Positions 48,943-58,981 are shown, counted from the stretch's first letter. The stretch is DNA of 64,000 bases from an uncultured virus (IMG/VR IMGVR_UViG_3300011969_000080) (IMGVR_UViG_3300011969_000080), one strand, 5' to 3'. The notes: generated from the sequence alone by a model not told the origin. A program made the numbers and translations.

Positions 48943-49332
48943 ATGACCATCGCCGCTGCCGACCTGCAGGAGCTCGCGGACGCCGCCGCCTTCGAGGCGC
49001 ACGCGGCGACCGCCCCGGTGCGCCTTGCCCGGGCCGCCTGGCTGATTGCGTTAGGCCTCAGCGATGCCGCGGAGGCTGCCCGGGCCGCAGCAGTCGACGC
49101 CCTGACCGACTACGAGAACTCGGCGTGCGACGACTGCAATGGCGTACTCGACCCGGACTGCTCCGGGTGCTTGGAACTCGGCGTGCCCTGCCCCAGTGAG
49201 TGCGGGCCCCTGTGTGACGACTGCGAAGAGCAGATCGGGGCCCTGTACACGCGCTCTGAGGATGCGGCCGACGCGGCGAAGGATGCCGTTGGGCTCGTGG
49301 ACGCCCTGTGGGCTGCCTACCTCGATGCCTGA
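48943..49332 (+). CDS. Acidic Cys-rich hypothetical protein
   Basis: GGAGG RBS; TTGCGC-N16-CAGGGT promoter; CDDC..CSGC..CDDC. Confidence 0.6.
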   Translation: MTIAAADLQELADAAAFEAHAATAPVRLARAAWLIALGLSDAAEAARAAAVDALTDYENSACDDCNGVLDPDCSGCLELGVPCPSECGPLCDDCEEQIGALYTRSEDAADAAKDAVGLVDALWAAYLDA

Positions 49333-49705
49333 GCGCCGGGCCCCAATCTCCAACAATGCCGCCGCGGGCACCCACGGTCCCTGCTACTGGCGGCCCACGC
49401 CGCCAGCAGGAAGGCGGCACCGTGCTCGGCGCACGCAGGGGTCCCCCGGCGGCGGCGGACCCCGCCCCCGTGCAGCGCAATGCTCTGCGGGCCGGGGCAG
49501 CGGCAGCCAGGCGGGTGCGCGACGGCGCGGACGAGGGGGCGTTGGCGGTGTGGTGTGACGACGGCGGCCGGGACGTGCGCGAGTCTCCCGAGCCCCACGG
49601 CGCCACCGGGGAGACACCTAACGCCTGGTTCTTCCTGTACTGGGCGTAGCTGCTACGCGACGTGGCGGCGGGCCGGCGGCTTGCACAGCGTGGTCACGGC
49701 GGGCC

Positions 49706-49785
49706 GCGTACTTGGCCGCGAGGGCGGCCATCTGGGTCCTCTCGTACTGCGTGAACCTCCCCACCCGTACGGGTGGGGCTCCTCG
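49706..49785 (-). ncRNA. IS605-type right-end hairpin and predicted guide of tnpB3
   Basis: CCCCACCCGTACGGGTGGGG hairpin, then GGTTCAC (TTCAC at 49755-49751). Confidence 0.8.
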
Positions 49786-51104
49786 TTAGGCCGCGTGAGC
49801 GGTTTGGCGAAGGGCAGTTCCTGCCCTCAAAATGTTTATCGCGCCAACAACGTCGGCGTGACCTGTGAACCCACACCGCTGGCAGGTGAACACGGCCTGA
49901 GATGGCCTGTTCGCTGCTTCGCAGTGCCCGCACTCAACGCAGGTGCGGGAAGTGTTGGCGGCCGGTACCGGAACAGTCTCGCGTCCAGCCTTTTCAGCTT
50001 TGGCGGTCAACACACTCAGGAACAACCCCCATCCCGCGTCTAGTATGGCTTTGTTCAGGCCCGACTTCGCGGCCTGACCGTTCGGCAGGTACTGCCCCGG
50101 GTTGTCCGGATCCGGCCTGGGCTTAGCGCGCTTGGTCATGTTCCGGATCCGCAGGGATTCGTGGCAGATGACGTCGTGGTCTTGCACGAGTTTCAGGGCA
50201 GTTTTGTGAGCGTGGTCCAGGCGCCGTAACCGGATGGTCCGGTGTATCGCAGCGACCCTCTCGGCGGCTTTCCTGCGCCGGGCAGACCCGCGCTTGCGAC
50301 CAGACAGCACCCTTTGGGCGGCGGCCAGCTTGACCGCAGCGGCCTTCCCGAACCGCGGGTTGGGCAGGAACTTGCCCTCAGAGGTAGTTGCAAACGACGC
50401 CACACCCATGTCAATGCCCGTGATCGCGCCTGAGGGCGGCAATGGTGCCGGGGCCACCACGAGCGGGATGACCACAAACCAGCGGGCCCGCCGCCCCCCT
50501 CTATGATTTCGTTGTGATAACTGGGGCCGCGCAGCACGTAGATCCCTTGTGGCACAAGCCTTTCGCCAGGCCGGCGGCCGGATCTATCACAGTCAGATCA
50601 TGGAGGGGGCCGCCGCCCCGACCCCTCGCGCTTCACGCTGACCTGGCCCAGGGCGGCTCCCTCAGGCAGCGCCCGGTGGGGCCGAACCCGGACGTGGCCG
50701 ACGCCCATCACGTACAGACGCCTGCTCTCCGGGCGGAACTTGATCCCGTTCCCGTGGCGGAAGTCCACGCTGCCAAACCGGGCTGCGGCGCGGAACCTTG
50801 GATACCCCGGCGTCTCCCCGGCCTTTACCCGGCGGAAGAATGCCGCGAATGCCTTGTCCAGTCGGCGCAACGTCTGCTGCTGCGATGTGGCCGACCACAC
50901 CCCCTGGTCCGGGCGGGCCACCCGGATCTCCTTGAGCTGCAGCATCTGCGACGCCGAGCTGATTGACTTCCCACACACCCGCCAAGCGTCCCGCCGTTCC
51001 TGCAAGGCGGCGTTGTACAGCTCGGCGTGTGCCACGCACATCTGCCCGAGAGCGTCACGCTGCTTGCTCGTCGGGTACAGCCGAAACTTGAACGTCCGCA
51101 TCAC
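49786..51104 (-). pseudogene. tnpB: tnpB3, close paralog of tnpB2, interrupted by a 115-bp MITE
   Basis: Removing 122 bp restores a 1197-nt ORF (KREGSGRRARWFVV); RuvC D/E/D intact. Confidence 0.93.
50495..50609. mobile_element. MITE-A, carrying the IS-A TIR
   Basis: Left end identical to the IS-A TIR; variant right TIR; TSD CCGCCGC. Confidence 0.9.
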
Positions 51105-51378
51105 CCCACTGACCGTGGGCGCCCCCTGCCGGCAGGACAACCTGGTAAACGGCGGCATGACGGCCCGCGAACGCCGGAGGGGGCCACCCCCGCCCTCCCG
51201 GACCCTGTTCGGCGCTAGTGGGACTTGCGGGCGCGTGGCAGGCACTGATCGTGGCGCCTACGCGCTCGGGGCAACGACGGGCGAGCACGCACAGGGCGGT
51301 GCGGGTAGCCGCCTCGCTGGGCAGACTACCTAGCCGGCGGCCAGTCTGTATCGCCAGCCCGCCAACGAGCATGTTCAG

Positions 51379-51562
51379 CGGCCGCCGCAGGTGGCGGGGG
51401 TGCCTGGCCCGGGCCGGGAGCCACAAAAAGCCCCTACCAGGCCCCGCTAATGCCGAGCAAGCCAGCCTGCTGGGTGGGGAGCGGCACGGCGGAAGCTGTG
51501 CCTACGGAACCGGGGGTTGCGGGAGCTCGCACCCTGCGAGTACCCGCCCGTTGCCGTACTGG
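51379..51562 (+). ncRNA. Orphan homologue of the tnpB1 omega-RNA region
   Basis: 34-nt exact match 51476-51509 to the reverse complement of 1558-1591, plus conserved hairpins. Confidence 0.55.
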
Positions 51563-51596
51563 GCGACTGGGGTTTTTCGTACTGGCCGTGTAGTGG

Positions 51597-53510
51597 TTAG
51601 GCGGCGTGGCGGCGACGAGCCAGCGGCTTGCGCAGCGCGGTCACGGCGGGCAGCTTGTCCCCGGGCCGGCGGGCGTCACCCAGCAGGCTGAGCCAGTCAC
51701 GCAGGTGAAGCTGGGCAGCCACGTCGTCCTCGTTATAGCACCGAAGGCGCTCGATGTTCGCGGCGGCTACCTGGGGGTTGTTGCTGGCCGCGGCGCGGTA
51801 CCAGACCATGGACTGGTCCCCGCCGGGGGTGTTGTCCCGCCAGGAGAACCGCGCCCACTTCGCGAGCGACTTGATCGAGTGGCTCTGGGTGGGCCACACG
51901 AGCTGCTTGTGCAGCACCTCGTACAGGTCCACAACCATGTCGGAGCCGAAGAACTCGTGAACCTCGCCGACGGTGGGAACCCCGCGGCCACCGGCGTACT
52001 TACCGGCCAGGGCGACCATCTGGGTCCGCTCGTACGCCGTGTAGTGATAAAAGCAGATGGAGTGTCCACCCTTTGCGGCTTTGGTGATCATCCGCTGGAA
52101 GTACCGCCACGTTTTGACGAACACGGCCCGCTCGCCGCCCGGGGTGGCGGTGTAGTTGTCGAACGTGTTCATTTCGGTGCGCTCGCGACCGGAGCGGCGA
52201 CCCGTCTGCTTGCGGCCGGTGGCCAGGACACCCCACATGTACACGAGGTTCTCGGAGCTTCCGGCGGCGGTCGCGTTCTCGCAGTCAAAGTCGATCTCGA
52301 TGTCTGCACGGGGCAGGTCCACGAACTCGACGCCCGCGTTCCGGGCGACCTTGCCAGCGGCAAACACCCGCGCCTGACGAATGTGCTTGACGTCGGTGAG
52401 GTCTGCGCCGCGAACGTCCATGCGGGCCAGGCTGCGAATGTCGGTGATACCGCGGCGGTAGAAGGGCTGCGCGGCTGTCGGCGTGACGCCGGGGAGGAGG
52501 GTGATGTGGCCGCCGTCGCCGTAGGTGCGGAGCTCCTCGGCGCACACGGTGCGCCACGGGCACTCGGCGCACGCGGTCTTCTTCTCGGGGAGCACGATGG
52601 ACGCGACGGTCGGGTCCAGGTTGCGCACGACGGCGTTGTCCACGACGGCCATTGCACGGGCGAAGTTCGCGTCGTACAGCTCGAGGGCCGTGTGGGCGGC
52701 AACCGGGCCGCCGTCAGTCAGCGCCTTGCGGAACATCTTCGCGTCCAGGCGGGCCCAAACGAGCTTCTCCTCCTTGCCGATGACCGCACCCCAGGGGGAG
52801 AGGCCGTTGTCTACCACGCCGAGGCTTTCGCCGTGCCGGTAGTAGTGGGACAGCTGCATCCAGTCTTCCAGGTGCAGCGCGCCGGTGAACTCCTCGCTGT
52901 CACCGTAGGGGTCGTAAGGGCCGGCGAAGTCGGACACGGGGGCGGACTTTGGACGGACTGTTTTGCCGCTGAACGTTTTGTGCCACTTGACGTCCACGAA
53001 GGACATTGAGCGCAGGCCGTTGGCCATAACCGGTCCGAACACGATTGCGTCCGGCTCGCTGATCCGGTCGGTGTCAGAAACGTCCGCGCCCAGGTGCGCC
53101 GAGAGCAGCGCCTCAAACACAGACCCGATGCGTGCGTTGAAGATCATCGCGACACCCGGGTTGAGCCAGGCTGCGAAGGTTGCCGCCTCCTTGGCGGCTT
53201 TGCCTTCCGCGGTGCGCTCCCCGGTCTCGTCGCGAGCCTCCACGATGGAGACCACGGTGCCCGGTGTGGCAGCGGCGACGATGTCCAGGCCGATCTTCGT
53301 CTCAAACAGGTTGCCGGAGTTCATCAGGTCCGCGGTGAACGCGGACGGGTCGTCCCGCAGTGTCACCGGGTACAGGTTTGGGCTGTGGTCCTTGCTGAGC
53401 GCCTCCGGGCAGGTCTTGGCTGCGTACCCACCAAGGCGCGAACGCTGTGGCGCGGTTACTGCCACCGGGGTGCTCGGCGGGGTCTGGCAGGAAATCGAGG
53501 AAGTGTTCAT
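51597..53510 (-). CDS. TM0106-like nuclease: PD-(D/E)xK/Cas4-like domain plus RNase H-like (YprB) domain
   Basis: EPD..VDVKWH..QLSHY..CAECPWRTVC; IDFDCE..FYHYTAYE..VDLY..SIKSLA..YNEDDV. Confidence 0.85.
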   Translation of the reverse strand: MNTSSISCQTPPSTPVAVTAPQRSRLGGYAAKTCPEALSKDHSPNLYPVTLRDDPSAFTADLMNSGNLFETKIGLDIVAAATPGTVVSIVEARDETGERTAEGKAAKEAATFAAWLNPGVAMIFNARIGSVFEALLSAHLGADVSDTDRISEPDAIVFGPVMANGLRSMSFVDVKWHKTFSGKTVRPKSAPVSDFAGPYDPYGDSEEFTGALHLEDWMQLSHYYRHGESLGVVDNGLSPWGAVIGKEEKLVWARLDAKMFRKALTDGGPVAAHTALELYDANFARAMAVVDNAVVRNLDPTVASIVLPEKKTACAECPWRTVCAEELRTYGDGGHITLLPGVTPTAAQPFYRRGITDIRSLARMDVRGADLTDVKHIRQARVFAAGKVARNAGVEFVDLPRADIEIDFDCENATAAGSSENLVYMWGVLATGRKQTGRRSGRERTEMNTFDNYTATPGGERAVFVKTWRYFQRMITKAAKGGHSICFYHYTAYERTQMVALAGKYAGGRGVPTVGEVHEFFGSDMVVDLYEVLHKQLVWPTQSHSIKSLAKWARFSWRDNTPGGDQSMVWYRAAASNNPQVAAANIERLRCYNEDDVAAQLHLRDWLSLLGDARRPGDKLPAVTALRKPLARRRHAA

Positions 53511-53561
53511 GTACAGCACAGTGCGCGCTGTGCGGAAATCACAAGGGGGCGCCGGGGCCTA

Positions 53562-54323
53562 TTACGCCGAGGCGTCGGCTCTGCGGATGACCACGAGGCC
53601 CGTGGGGTACGCCGCGCGGACGCCGGCAGCTGTCACGACGATGACTTTGGCTGGTCGTGCGCCCACAGTCCCACCCAGAAGGTGGCCCCCTGCGGCTGGG
53701 CGTTCCTCCACGACCTCGCCCAGAAGCCGGCCGCCCTTGGTGTACGCGCACAGTGCGCCCTCGGGCGCCGGTGTGGTGACTGGCCCGTCGAGCAGACTGA
53801 GCACGGGTGGGGCCCCCGCGGGGGCGGTCTTCGCTGGGGTCTCGACTGCCGCTGGGGTCTTGACTGCCGCTGGGGTCTTGACTGCCACCGGGGTCTTGAC
53901 TGCCGCCGGGGCGGCGTCCACGGGCGCAACGTCTACCGGTGCGTCGTCGTCGGTGTAGCCGTCGTCACGGTTGCGCAGGCCGTCCGTGCCGCGAGGGGCG
54001 CTCACGCCGATGGCCGGGCCGAGGTAGAACCGCACGCCGATGGTCTCGTCTCCGAGGACCTCGTGGATCTTGGCGCGCCAGCGCCCGTTCGGCAGAGACC
54101 CGGCCAGCCTCCCGGCGACCGCGGCAGGGACGTGCCCGATCATGGCGCCCTCGGTGGTGCGGACCTCGATGGCGTTCGCGTCATACGCGTTCTCCGGGGT
54201 GTGCGCCAGGACGAGCTCCTGGCCGACCTTGAGGGTCGCGGCGACGTCCTGGTGGAAGGAGATGCCGGCCACGGACAGGATCGTGTTCAGCGGCAGGGGT
54301 CGGGGCGTCGAGGAGGTATTCAT
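53562..54323 (-). CDS. HIRAN-domain protein
   Basis: VAGISFH..L.HTPENAYDANAIEV..IGHVP; AVKTP linker repeats. Confidence 0.85.
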   Translation of the reverse strand: MNTSSTPRPLPLNTILSVAGISFHQDVAATLKVGQELVLAHTPENAYDANAIEVRTTEGAMIGHVPAAVAGRLAGSLPNGRWRAKIHEVLGDETIGVRFYLGPAIGVSAPRGTDGLRNRDDGYTDDDAPVDVAPVDAAPAAVKTPVAVKTPAAVKTPAAVETPAKTAPAGAPPVLSLLDGPVTTPAPEGALCAYTKGGRLLGEVVEERPAAGGHLLGGTVGARPAKVIVVTAAGVRAAYPTGLVVIRRADASA

Positions 54324-54562
54324 GTGCTTCACTGTGAGCGCCGGAGCGAGCGACGCAAGGGGCCACGGCTCCCTCATTTGACACCGTCGGCCCACGCGGC
54401 GGGGGCGGCCGCGCCGCTGTCGGGGGTTCGCGGGTGCGGCCCACGGGGTGTGACGCAGCTCACAATCCAGCCGCGCCTGGCGGCCTCGTGGCCTTTCTAG
54501 TAGCCACCCCCACAGTCCCCTGATGTGAGACGGAACGGCCGCCTCGCCGGGAAGGCCCTAGC

Positions 54563-54811
54563 ATGTCTCAGCTCACCACGCAGACCCCGACGGGGTCCCG
54601 CATCCAGGCGTACCTGGACGCGGAGGGCGGGTCCACGGACGCATCTGTCGCCACGATCGCCGAGGCCCTCGAGGTATCCACCACTGCCGTGAAGACGGCC
54701 CTGGCCCGCGAAGAGGCCGGTGGCCGCATCGAGATCGACCGCCGCCGCCGCAATCAGTACGCCGGCGACCCGACAGGATGCACTATCCGAGCTGTCGGGG
54801 TGTCGTCATGA
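54563..54811 (+). CDS. Small wHTH protein
   Basis: SVATIAEALEVSTTAVKTALAR; paralog at 57820. Confidence 0.7.
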   Translation: MSQLTTQTPTGSRIQAYLDAEGGSTDASVATIAEALEVSTTAVKTALAREEAGGRIEIDRRRRNQYAGDPTGCTIRAVGVSS

Positions 54812-55726
54812 CCGACGCCGTCGCGCCAATCGTATTCGACGCCGCCCGGCTTTTCAGCGACGACATCGCCGGGCTTGCTGACGCCGAGTTCCGCCTGTAC
54901 ATCATGGCCCTGGCCAAGTCCTCCGTCGACCGCGACCGCGGCGTGACCCACATGGGCAAGCCCGCGATTGTCCAGCGGTGGGCATCCCTCGAGGGTGGCA
55001 AAGAGGCGTGTGAGATGGCGCGGGACATCCTCCGGGACAAGGACATGCTGACCCCAGCCGGGCATGGTGCGTTCATACTGCGCGACGCCACGGCGGCCAG
55101 CACGGCGCTGCTCATCCGGCTGAACGAGGACGGGGTGGCTGAGGGGTACCACCCCCCTGCGCCGAAGGAGGCCGACGAGGGCGGCCTGCCCACCGAGGGG
55201 ATAATGATAGACAGCATCAAGAAGTTCCTGGCTGACACACTCCCTGGCGCTGCGAGACCCACGCGAGGCGTACCGCCGCGTGTTCGCCCCGGAGGACGGG
55301 GAGATTGCCAAGACGCTGGCCATGCTGACGGAGGCTGACGAGGACGGCTACGCCCTGATCTCCGACTTCACGAAGCCCACCAAGAAGGGCAGCGACGTGA
55401 TGGAGACCGCGAAGGAGGCCGAGGCGCGGCTGCGCGGGAACATGGAGTTCGCCGCGGTCCAGTATGCAATCAGCAGCATCTTTGAGACCTTCCCGCGCGA
55501 AAGCTGGGGGCGCATCCGGCGGTCTATCTCGGGCATGGGTGGGACCCGGTGGGCCGCCATGTGGATGATCGTCGCTGCGCTGGATTGCGCGGGGGCAGAC
55601 ATCACGGGTGACCCTGCCGCTTACCTGATCCGCACCGCCACGAACAAGCAGCGGGAGTCCGCCCAGAGCCGGGCCAACAACGGCCCCCGCCCCGCCCCGC
55701 GACCCGCGCTGACGGCCGGGCAGTGA
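54808..55726 (+). CDS. Putative replication protein in two overlapping ORFs (54808-55338, 55280-55726)
   Basis: LADAEFRLY N-terminus and DPAAYL C-terminus, as in phage-type Rep proteins; lies before the helicase. Confidence 0.4.
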
Positions 55727-55811
55727 ACGCCCGCACCCCGGCCCGGGTGGAGATCCCTGGCCGCACCCCCACAGTATTCGTCGCCACCACCACCCAGCAA
55801 GGAGCTAGATC

Positions 55812-57302
55812 ATGACGTCGTCCGAGGTCGCCCGTCGCGGCCAGGTGCTCGAGAACAAGCCCTGGCGGTCGATGGCCGACGTCGTGGCCGAGATGAAGAT
55901 GCTGGTCCACCTTGCCAACGCCTACCCGGACATTGGCGGTCTTCCGACCGGCATCACCGAGCTGGACCACCTGGTCAGCCATGTTCTCACCCCGGGCCAC
56001 CTCGTAGTCGTCGCTGCAGAGACTGGTGGCGGCAAGACCGCGCTGGTCCAGCAGCTCTCCGAGCGGTTCGCCCAGCGGGTCCCGGTACTGTCCCTGGTGC
56101 TCGAGGACACGGAGACCGGCGCTGCGATGCGTATGGCCGCCGGCGTCTCCCGCACGGACCTCGGGCAGCTCCGCCGGGGGTACGCCGGCGCCGGTGGCGT
56201 GCCGCAGGACTTCTACTACGCCGCTGACCACATGTCCAAGCTGAAGCTGGACATGGTGAGCGAGATGGCGCTGCCGGTAGAGCAGGTTGTTGTCATGGCC
56301 ATGGACTGGATGATCACGCAGAACGTCGACAGGGGCGGTGTGCTGATTATCGACCAGCTGAGCCACCTCGTCACCAGCGACCCCGACTGGTGGCTGGGCA
56401 ACAAGAACGCCTTCATCCCGCGGCCCCCACGTGCGGGCGCCGCCGAGACCACCTGGCTGAAGTGGCAGACCCGCGTCCTGAAGGTCGCCGCCCAGCACCT
56501 GGGGCTCCTGGTCATCCTCGTCCACCAGCTGAATGAAAACCACGGCACGGGCAAGCCCGGCCTGAGCTCAATGAGTGGCTCCCGCGGCATCAACCAGGAA
56601 GCCGACCTGATCCTCCTCCCGTGGCGCCCACGTCTGGCCCCCGAGGGCTTTGAGGACCCGCTGGGCGGCCCCGCGGCGGCGCAGCCGACCCGCACCGCCG
56701 ACGGCGAGGCGTTCATCATCTGTCCGAAGTCGCGCCACGGCGTCGAGTTCGAGATCCCCGTCCACTGGATTGGTGCGGAGCAGCGGTTTGCAGACCCGGG
56801 CGTCAACGCCGCGCACTCCGCCATCGCCCCTCAGTCCGCAAGGTCCATCGAGGGGGAGAGCGCCATGGACGCACTGCGTCGGCAGATCGCCAGCGCCAGG
56901 GGCCTGCGTCAGGAGGCTGCGGCTCAGGAGAAGCGTGTGGGTGACAAGCTCATGGCTGAGCAGGTCCGCCGGGGCATCGGCGGGCCCATCAAAGCCCACG
57001 TGTACACCGACGAGAACGTGTTTGACGACGACCCGCAGGACAACGAGGTCGTCTGGGACGGGGTCGTCGAGCAGGCGGCCGCAGCTCAGGACGTCGTAGA
57101 CGCGGAGGTCGTGGTGGTCGCAGAGATCGTGGAGGACGCCATGGTGGCTATCCCGCTGCCGCGGGTGCTTTCCCGGGACGAGTACGACCTGTCCGAGATC
57201 GCGCGCAAAGCACGCCACGCCGCGTACGCCCCGAAGCCGGCACCGACAGTCGCAGCAGCCCCGGCTAGGCCGCGGGCGCCCCGCGGGTTCGACGCGTTCT
57301 GA
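55812..57302 (+). CDS. DnaB-like replicative helicase
   Basis: PTGITELD, AAETGGGKT, IIDQL, VHQLN, GSRGINQEADLIL, KSRHG. Confidence 0.88.
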   Translation: MTSSEVARRGQVLENKPWRSMADVVAEMKMLVHLANAYPDIGGLPTGITELDHLVSHVLTPGHLVVVAAETGGGKTALVQQLSERFAQRVPVLSLVLEDTETGAAMRMAAGVSRTDLGQLRRGYAGAGGVPQDFYYAADHMSKLKLDMVSEMALPVEQVVVMAMDWMITQNVDRGGVLIIDQLSHLVTSDPDWWLGNKNAFIPRPPRAGAAETTWLKWQTRVLKVAAQHLGLLVILVHQLNENHGTGKPGLSSMSGSRGINQEADLILLPWRPRLAPEGFEDPLGGPAAAQPTRTADGEAFIICPKSRHGVEFEIPVHWIGAEQRFADPGVNAAHSAIAPQSARSIEGESAMDALRRQIASARGLRQEAAAQEKRVGDKLMAEQVRRGIGGPIKAHVYTDENVFDDDPQDNEVVWDGVVEQAAAAQDVVDAEVVVVAEIVEDAMVAIPLPRVLSRDEYDLSEIARKARHAAYAPKPAPTVAAAPARPRAPRGFDAF

Positions 57303-57463
57303 GGGCACACGGCGCCCTAGCGCGCCCCCGGGGCCCCCACCCCCGCCGGTGGAGATCTACTTCGCTGACTCGCCCAGCACCGAGGTGGGGTACCCGCCCG
57401 CCGCCGACTGGCATCACCTCGCGTAACAGCGGGCGTGGGCCCGGCTGGCGGCCGCTTTGTGCT

Positions 57464-57570
57464 CAACCTGGTAGGTCAAGCTAGGTGACCTACCAGGTAA
57501 CCTAGGTTGACCTGCGGGTGGACCTAGGTTACCTGCCTGGAGTAGAAGAGATTAGATGAGATAGAGAGGA
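57464..57570. repeat. ACCT/AGGT palindrome cluster plus purine tract (origin-like)
   Basis: Inverted repeat ACCTGGTAGGTCA/TGACCTACCAGGT, AACCTAGGTT, ACCTAGGT, then AGAAGAGATTAGATGAGATAGAGAG. Confidence 0.7.
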
Positions 57571-57819
57571 ACAACCCCGGCAGCCCCTTCGGGTGCTGCG
57601 TCGATGTCGTCCAAGCAACTGGAAGCAGACGCACACACCTGACGCCAAAGGCAGGTTCACCACCCCCATCGACGGGGTGTGACACAGGTCACAAACCACG
57701 GCGCCTGATCGGCTCATGGGCTTTCCGGCGGCAACCCCCACAGTGGCTTTCGTAGCGAGGCAGGCAAGGGAACCGGGTGGTTCCACCCCGCTGCCGGCAG
57801 GGGCGAGGAGCCCTGAGAC

Positions 57820-58062
57820 ATGACGACACTCGAAGGCCAGACCCCGACCGGGGTTCTCGTCGTGAGCCACATCGCCGAAGTGGGCGGGTCCACGACCGAG
57901 ACGAACGCCGAGCTCGCTGCCCTGGCAAAGGTGACGACGATGACCGTGAAGAACGCGCTGAGCAGCCTGGAGGACGCCGGCCTCATCGTCCGCGACTTCC
58001 GCGCCGGTAACCACGGCGCCGGGGACCACTCGGGCCGCACTATTCGGATTGTGCAGGAGTGA
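57820..58062 (+). CDS. Small wHTH protein, paralog of 54563
   Basis: QTPTG..GGST..TVKNALSSLEDAGLI..TIR. Confidence 0.7.
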   Translation: MTTLEGQTPTGVLVVSHIAEVGGSTTETNAELAALAKVTTMTVKNALSSLEDAGLIVRDFRAGNHGAGDHSGRTIRIVQE

Positions 58063-58556
58063 CGATGGCAACCAGGACGCGGGCCCCGCAGGCCAAAACC
58101 CCCAACTTCGCCCGGGCGTGGGTGGCGCTGCAGACCTCTATCCTCACCGATGGGGAGTTCATGCTCTGCTCGGATGGAGCCCGGCTACTGCTCGTGCTCT
58201 CAATGCCCCTTTCGGCGGCGCAGGGACTGGAGGGCCGCATCCCTGCCGACCCCAGGCACCTGCAGCTGATCGTGCGGCTTCAGGACGGCGTGCCCGCCTG
58301 TGTGGCAGCCTTGCAGGAACTTCGTGACGCTGGTGGGATCGTCCAGGACGACCCGGAGGGCGACCCCAAGTACCTGTACCTGCGGGACTGGGAAAAGTGC
58401 CAGTTCGACAAGGGTGGCTCGACTACCCGAGAGGAGAGCAACCGGAAGGCTGCCCTGCGCAACGGGCACAACTCTGGAAAGCACGCCGACGACCCACGCA
58501 GCAGCTGCGAGCTCTGCCAGGACGGCGCTCCGCCGGTGCCACCCACGTCCGACTGA
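58059..58556 (+). CDS. Rep N-terminal-like protein
   Basis: CSDGARLL..LQELRDAG..YLRDWEKCQ..H..CELC. Confidence 0.5.
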   Translation: MTMATRTRAPQAKTPNFARAWVALQTSILTDGEFMLCSDGARLLLVLSMPLSAAQGLEGRIPADPRHLQLIVRLQDGVPACVAALQELRDAGGIVQDDPEGDPKYLYLRDWEKCQFDKGGSTTREESNRKAALRNGHNSGKHADDPRSSCELCQDGAPPVPPTSD

Positions 58557-58690
58557 GCGCGCAGTTTACACGACCACCCCAGCCCACCGGGCCTTGTCTC
58601 TCGGTGGGCTGCGGGTTTTTTCGTGGTCGCACCCGGAACCGGGGTTTCGGCCCCCACGGTAAGGCGTACCTCACCTACAAGGAGAACCCC

Positions 58691-58981
58691 GTGCCGCTGA
58701 ACCACCCGACCACGCTGCCCGCACTGAGGCGCGCCCTGCACAGGGGCGCCCAGTTCCGGGTTGTCGCCCACCCGGCGCCGGGTCACGTGGGTGCAGTACA
58801 CCGAATCCACTCCACGCACCCCAACCACTTTGTGACGGTGGCCGAGCACCCCGACGGTTCCACCCGCACCCACACAACGCAGTGGCCGCGATGGGACGAG
58901 GTGGCCTTCACCCCCGCCGGCTGGTCTGTGCGCCGCCAGTGGGATGGTGCGCTGTTCGCCTGGGAGTACGCAGCCCGCTGA
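58691..58981 (+). CDS. Hypothetical protein
   Basis: GTG after AAGGAG; CACGGT upstream. Confidence 0.55.
   Translation: MPLNHPTTLPALRRALHRGAQFRVVAHPAPGHVGAVHRIHSTHPNHFVTVAEHPDGSTRTHTTQWPRWDEVAFTPAGWSVRRQWDGALFAWEYAAR

Noticed and set aside
51597..53510. Cas4 of a CRISPR adaptation module
   Set aside because: It is fused to an RNase H-like domain as in the TM0106 family, and no cas1/cas2 or array is present.
53820..53910. 18-bp tandem repeat
   Set aside because: Encodes the AVKTP linker of the HIRAN protein.
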